This document shows positions 51,121 through 53,876 of a stretch of DNA of 53,876 nucleotides, in pieces. Under the pieces are notes generated by a model. It did no database searches, had not been told where the DNA came from, and saw nothing but the letters and a program-made list of their open reading frames with translations. The position numbers and the translations under genes are program-made. How positions within the stretch are numbered: the first letter of the stretch is position 1; every line of letters starts with the position of its first letter. This DNA comes from an uncultured delta proteobacterium (GTDB taxonomy: Bacteria; Desulfobacterota; Syntrophobacteria; Syntrophobacterales; Syntrophobacteraceae), in NCBI GenBank assembly GCA_963725365.1, contig CAVRZU010000183.1, positions 1 through 53,876 of the forward strand. The letters run 5' to 3'.

Positions 51121-52092
51121 ATGAAGCAGATGACACTCGCTCAGGCCCCGAGCGCTCAGGCCACCGATCCTATGCCCTCCTGGAACGTCACCGCGCCGAA
51201 ACAGGCAATCATCGCTTTCGTCGAAAAGGTTACCAGGGAAGGCTCGCCAGACTTCGTGCCGGTGGCCGAACGCATCGCCGTCTTTGATAACGATGGCACG
51301 CTCTGGCCGGAATTCCCAATGTCCTTTCAGCTTGCGTTCCTCTTTGACGAACTCAAGCGCCGCACTCCGAACGAGCCCAAACTCACCACTGATCCGATGG
51401 TGAAGGCGGCGCTCGCCGGCGACATGGCTAAACTCTTTGCCGGTGAACATCACGACGGCCTATTGCGAATCATGGCGCTCACCCATACTGGGATGACGAC
51501 CGGAGACTTTCAAGCCCGGGTGGAGGCGTGGCTCGCCTCGGCCAAGCACCAGCGCTTCGGACAGCCTTACGACGGGCTCACCTATCAGCCCATGCAGGAA
51601 GTTTTGCGCTATATGCGAGCCAATGGCTTCAAGACCTTTATCGTTTCGGGTGGCGGCGCTGATTTCATGAGGGTCTGGACGGAGCGCGTTTTCGGCATCC
51701 CGCCCGAGCAGGTCGTCGGTTCCACGGTGAGAACGAAATTCGAGCTGGGCGACAATGGCCCGGTTCTGCTGAAAATGCCCGAAGACCCGTTCGTGAACGA
51801 CAAGACAGGCAAGCCGGTCGGGATCTGGCAGTTCATCGGCCGACGGCCCATCGCCTGTTTCGGCAACAGCGACGGCGACCAGGCCATGCTTCAATACACC
51901 ACCATCAATAACTCGAACCCCAATTTCGGCCTGCTTGTCCACCACACCGATGCCGAACGTGAATATGCCTATGACGTCAAGGCGCCGATAAGCGGCAAGC
52001 TGGTTGAGGCGCTGAAGGAAGCACCACAACGCGGCTGGAGCGTGGTAGATATGAAGAACGATTGGAAATGCATCTTCGGTTTCGAACAATAA
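51121..52092 (+). CDS. HAD-superfamily hydrolase (subfamily IB-like)
   Basis: Motif I VFDNDGTLW, then FIVSGGG and FGNSDGDQAML. Confidence 0.7.
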   Translation: MKQMTLAQAPSAQATDPMPSWNVTAPKQAIIAFVEKVTREGSPDFVPVAERIAVFDNDGTLWPEFPMSFQLAFLFDELKRRTPNEPKLTTDPMVKAALAGDMAKLFAGEHHDGLLRIMALTHTGMTTGDFQARVEAWLASAKHQRFGQPYDGLTYQPMQEVLRYMRANGFKTFIVSGGGADFMRVWTERVFGIPPEQVVGSTVRTKFELGDNGPVLLKMPEDPFVNDKTGKPVGIWQFIGRRPIACFGNSDGDQAMLQYTTINNSNPNFGLLVHHTDAEREYAYDVKAPISGKLVEALKEAPQRGWSVVDMKNDWKCIFGFEQ

Positions 52093-52570
52093 CTAAAACC
52101 GACTGTTAAAAAACAACACACAACAACAACAACTAGCGAGCTAAAGCAACCTTCCTTCATAGTCCGGAAAGGTCTAACTGAAACTAAAGATGGCTCTCCG
52201 GGACATTGACAATGTAGATCCCCGTAAAACATACCCTTGCCGAATCACATATCTTATTCACATGCTCGACCTCTGTTGGATTCGCGATAAGGTGTTGCGT
52301 TGCGGGTATATGGCCGGAGGATGAGAATATAGCGGAGAAACTGCGGCCAGCGTTGATCGAGCCGGTGGTGTGATGATGCGCTTCATGCGGCAAGAAACAA
52401 TTCCGGCGGCAATTCCCGGTGTTCATGACGCCTGTTCTACCCGGCCCAGAAGCACTGCCGGGGCAGGCTGCGGGGCGAATCGTTGTCCGGACAAAAAAGA
52501 TAATAAAGACAAATGCTATCTCACCACAGAGCAGCCATGGGCCGCAACCAAAAAGGCTAAAAGCGATTCA

Positions 52571-52608
52571 CCACAGAGACACAGAGAGCACAGAGAAAGG
52601 CTGAGAAA
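52571..52608 (+). repeat. Dispersed repeat, copy B
   Basis: CCACAGAGACACAGAGAGCACAGAGAAAGGCTGAGAAA matches the reverse complement of 20241-20279. Confidence 0.7.
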
Positions 52609-52773
52609 AGCGGCTAAAGTTTCGGCCTCGCGCGCAGGGCGCGCAACGCCGAGCGCTCGCGCTGTGACGGGACTGCCCGCCGCAGCGCACGTGTTAACCG
52701 TGGCACTGCCGCCTCTGTGGTGGACGCTTACGTTGACAGTCATTCTGCAGCAGATAGTTCTTCCCTTAATAAC

Positions 52774-53055
52774 TTAATGAGCGTGAATCTCTAACTCATA
52801 CTTCCTTGCAAGTGCCAGGATCTTCTCCATATCGGGAGGTTGCCCGAGTTCGATCATCTCCTCAAAGAATCCCTCAAACCCGGCAGGCGAGACAAATACC
52901 AGCATTCTACTCTGCCCCTACTCACATTAGTAAACCTATGTGCTATCTCTATTGGTGCAAAAACAAACGATCCTGCCCCGGCCTGAACCGTCTTATCCCC
53001 ATACTGGATCTAGTACTCACCCTCAAGAACGTACATGGCTTGATCTATATTCAAC
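52774..53055 (-). pseudogene. Cupin-domain gene remnant: 5'-truncated, with an in-frame TAG and a frameshift
   Basis: Contains DQAMYVLEGEY*IQYGDKTVQAGAGSFVFAPIEIAHRFTNVS. After a frame change it reads RMLVFVSPAGFEGFFEEMIELGQPPDMEKILALARKYELEIHAH*. Confidence 0.55.
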
Positions 53056-53847
53056 TCAAAGCACGATAGGGTAATGCCCTCCATCCATAGAAATCGTAGT
53101 TCCGGTGACATAACTTGCTTTGTCGGAGGCAAGATAGGCCACCATGTCGGCGATTTCCTCAGGAGAGGCCATGCGGCCTAATGGAATGCTCTCAACACTC
53201 TGCCTATATGCCTGATCGGTACTAATGCCGGAGAGCCGAGCCACAGCCGTCATCGCTTCTTTAACCCTGTCTGTTTCCGTCAGGCCGGGACTCACGCCAA
53301 CAACACGAACCCCTTTGGAGGCGTAAACTGCGGCAAGTCCGGCAATTGCCAACATAAGCGCGGCGTTTGCCGAACCGCCCGCCAAATGCGTCGGCATGGC
53401 GATTTTCCCGCCAATGCCGACAATGCTGATAATCACACCCTTCCCGCGTACAGCCATTCGCTTTACTAGAGGATCTATGACGTTGATGTAAGTAAAAAAC
53501 TTTGCATCAATCGCCGTTCGCCACAACTCCGGCGTCAGCTCATCGGGTGGCGTGCGTTTAGCCGCTCCGGCCGAGTTTACCAACACGTCAACATGTCCAA
53601 GACTGCTTTCAACTGTTTCGATCATCCGAGCAGCCGCATCAGCATCCGTCAAATCGGCAGCAACGCCAAAAGCATCAGGCAAACTTGCTTTAGCCTCGTC
53701 AATATGCTTCTGCGAGCGGGAGCAGATAGCGATCTTTGCCCCCTCGGCCGCTAAAGCTCCGGCGCAAGCCAACCCGATTCCTTTTGTGCCGCCCGTTATC
53801 AGCGCAAGCTTTCCCTCAAGACCCAACTCCATCGAATTCTCCGCCAA
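53056..53847 (-). CDS. SDR-family oxidoreductase (FabG-like)
   Basis: Contains LITGGTKGIGLA (TGxxxGIG), NSAG, and a C-terminal YVTGTTISMDGG. Confidence 0.85.
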   Translation of the reverse strand: MAENSMELGLEGKLALITGGTKGIGLACAGALAAEGAKIAICSRSQKHIDEAKASLPDAFGVAADLTDADAAARMIETVESSLGHVDVLVNSAGAAKRTPPDELTPELWRTAIDAKFFTYINVIDPLVKRMAVRGKGVIISIVGIGGKIAMPTHLAGGSANAALMLAIAGLAAVYASKGVRVVGVSPGLTETDRVKEAMTAVARLSGISTDQAYRQSVESIPLGRMASPEEIADMVAYLASDKASYVTGTTISMDGGHYPIVL

Positions 53848-53876
53848 AATTTGTTAGTAAATCAGCTTACTGGCAC

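Noticed and set aside
52370-52777. 135-aa plus-strand ORF with an RHREHRER-type low-complexity region.
   Set aside because: The reading frame is generated by the dispersed CACAGAGA repeat and GC-rich palindromes. No start context or domain is evident.

Overview
This 53.9-kb contig looks like an uncorrected long-read metagenome assembly from a Gram-negative, probably Desulfobacterota/deltaproteobacterium-like organism. That taxonomic guess is inferred only from gene order. The backbone is housekeeping. It includes pyrG-kdsA-kdsC-lptC-lptA-lptB-rpoN-hpf-ptsN-rapZ-EIIA(Man), a pstS-pstC-pstA-pstB-pstS phosphate transporter, aroF/pheA, uvrC and a roughly 1600-aa Lhr helicase. Small accessory patches lie between these blocks:
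- a TIR-domain protein next to an AbrB-type antitoxin/Doc pair;
- a ParD antitoxin with a decayed ParE;
- two orphan antitoxins;
- one complete IS5-family element with a 4-bp target duplication.

No rRNA, tRNA or CRISPR array was seen.

The best leads are:
1. the solitary TIR protein with an unassigned C-terminal domain;
2. a Phe-codon leader ORF (FFFFFF) plus intrinsic terminator upstream of DAHP synthase/prephenate dehydratase;
3. a roughly 1430-aa PPDK-like protein with a roughly 900-aa unassigned N-terminus, located beside the PTS-Ntr genes;
4. a 125-nt five-helix RNA-like element upstream of an atypical K+-channel homologue;
5. a roughly 60-bp inverted repeat pair inside lhr.

Two caveats apply throughout. 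Many essential genes carry frameshifts, which are most simply explained as indel sequencing errors. The first roughly 2.6 kb ((CT)n run, GC-rich gene fragments) looks chimeric or degraded. All calls rest on reading the translated ORFs for motifs; no database search was run.
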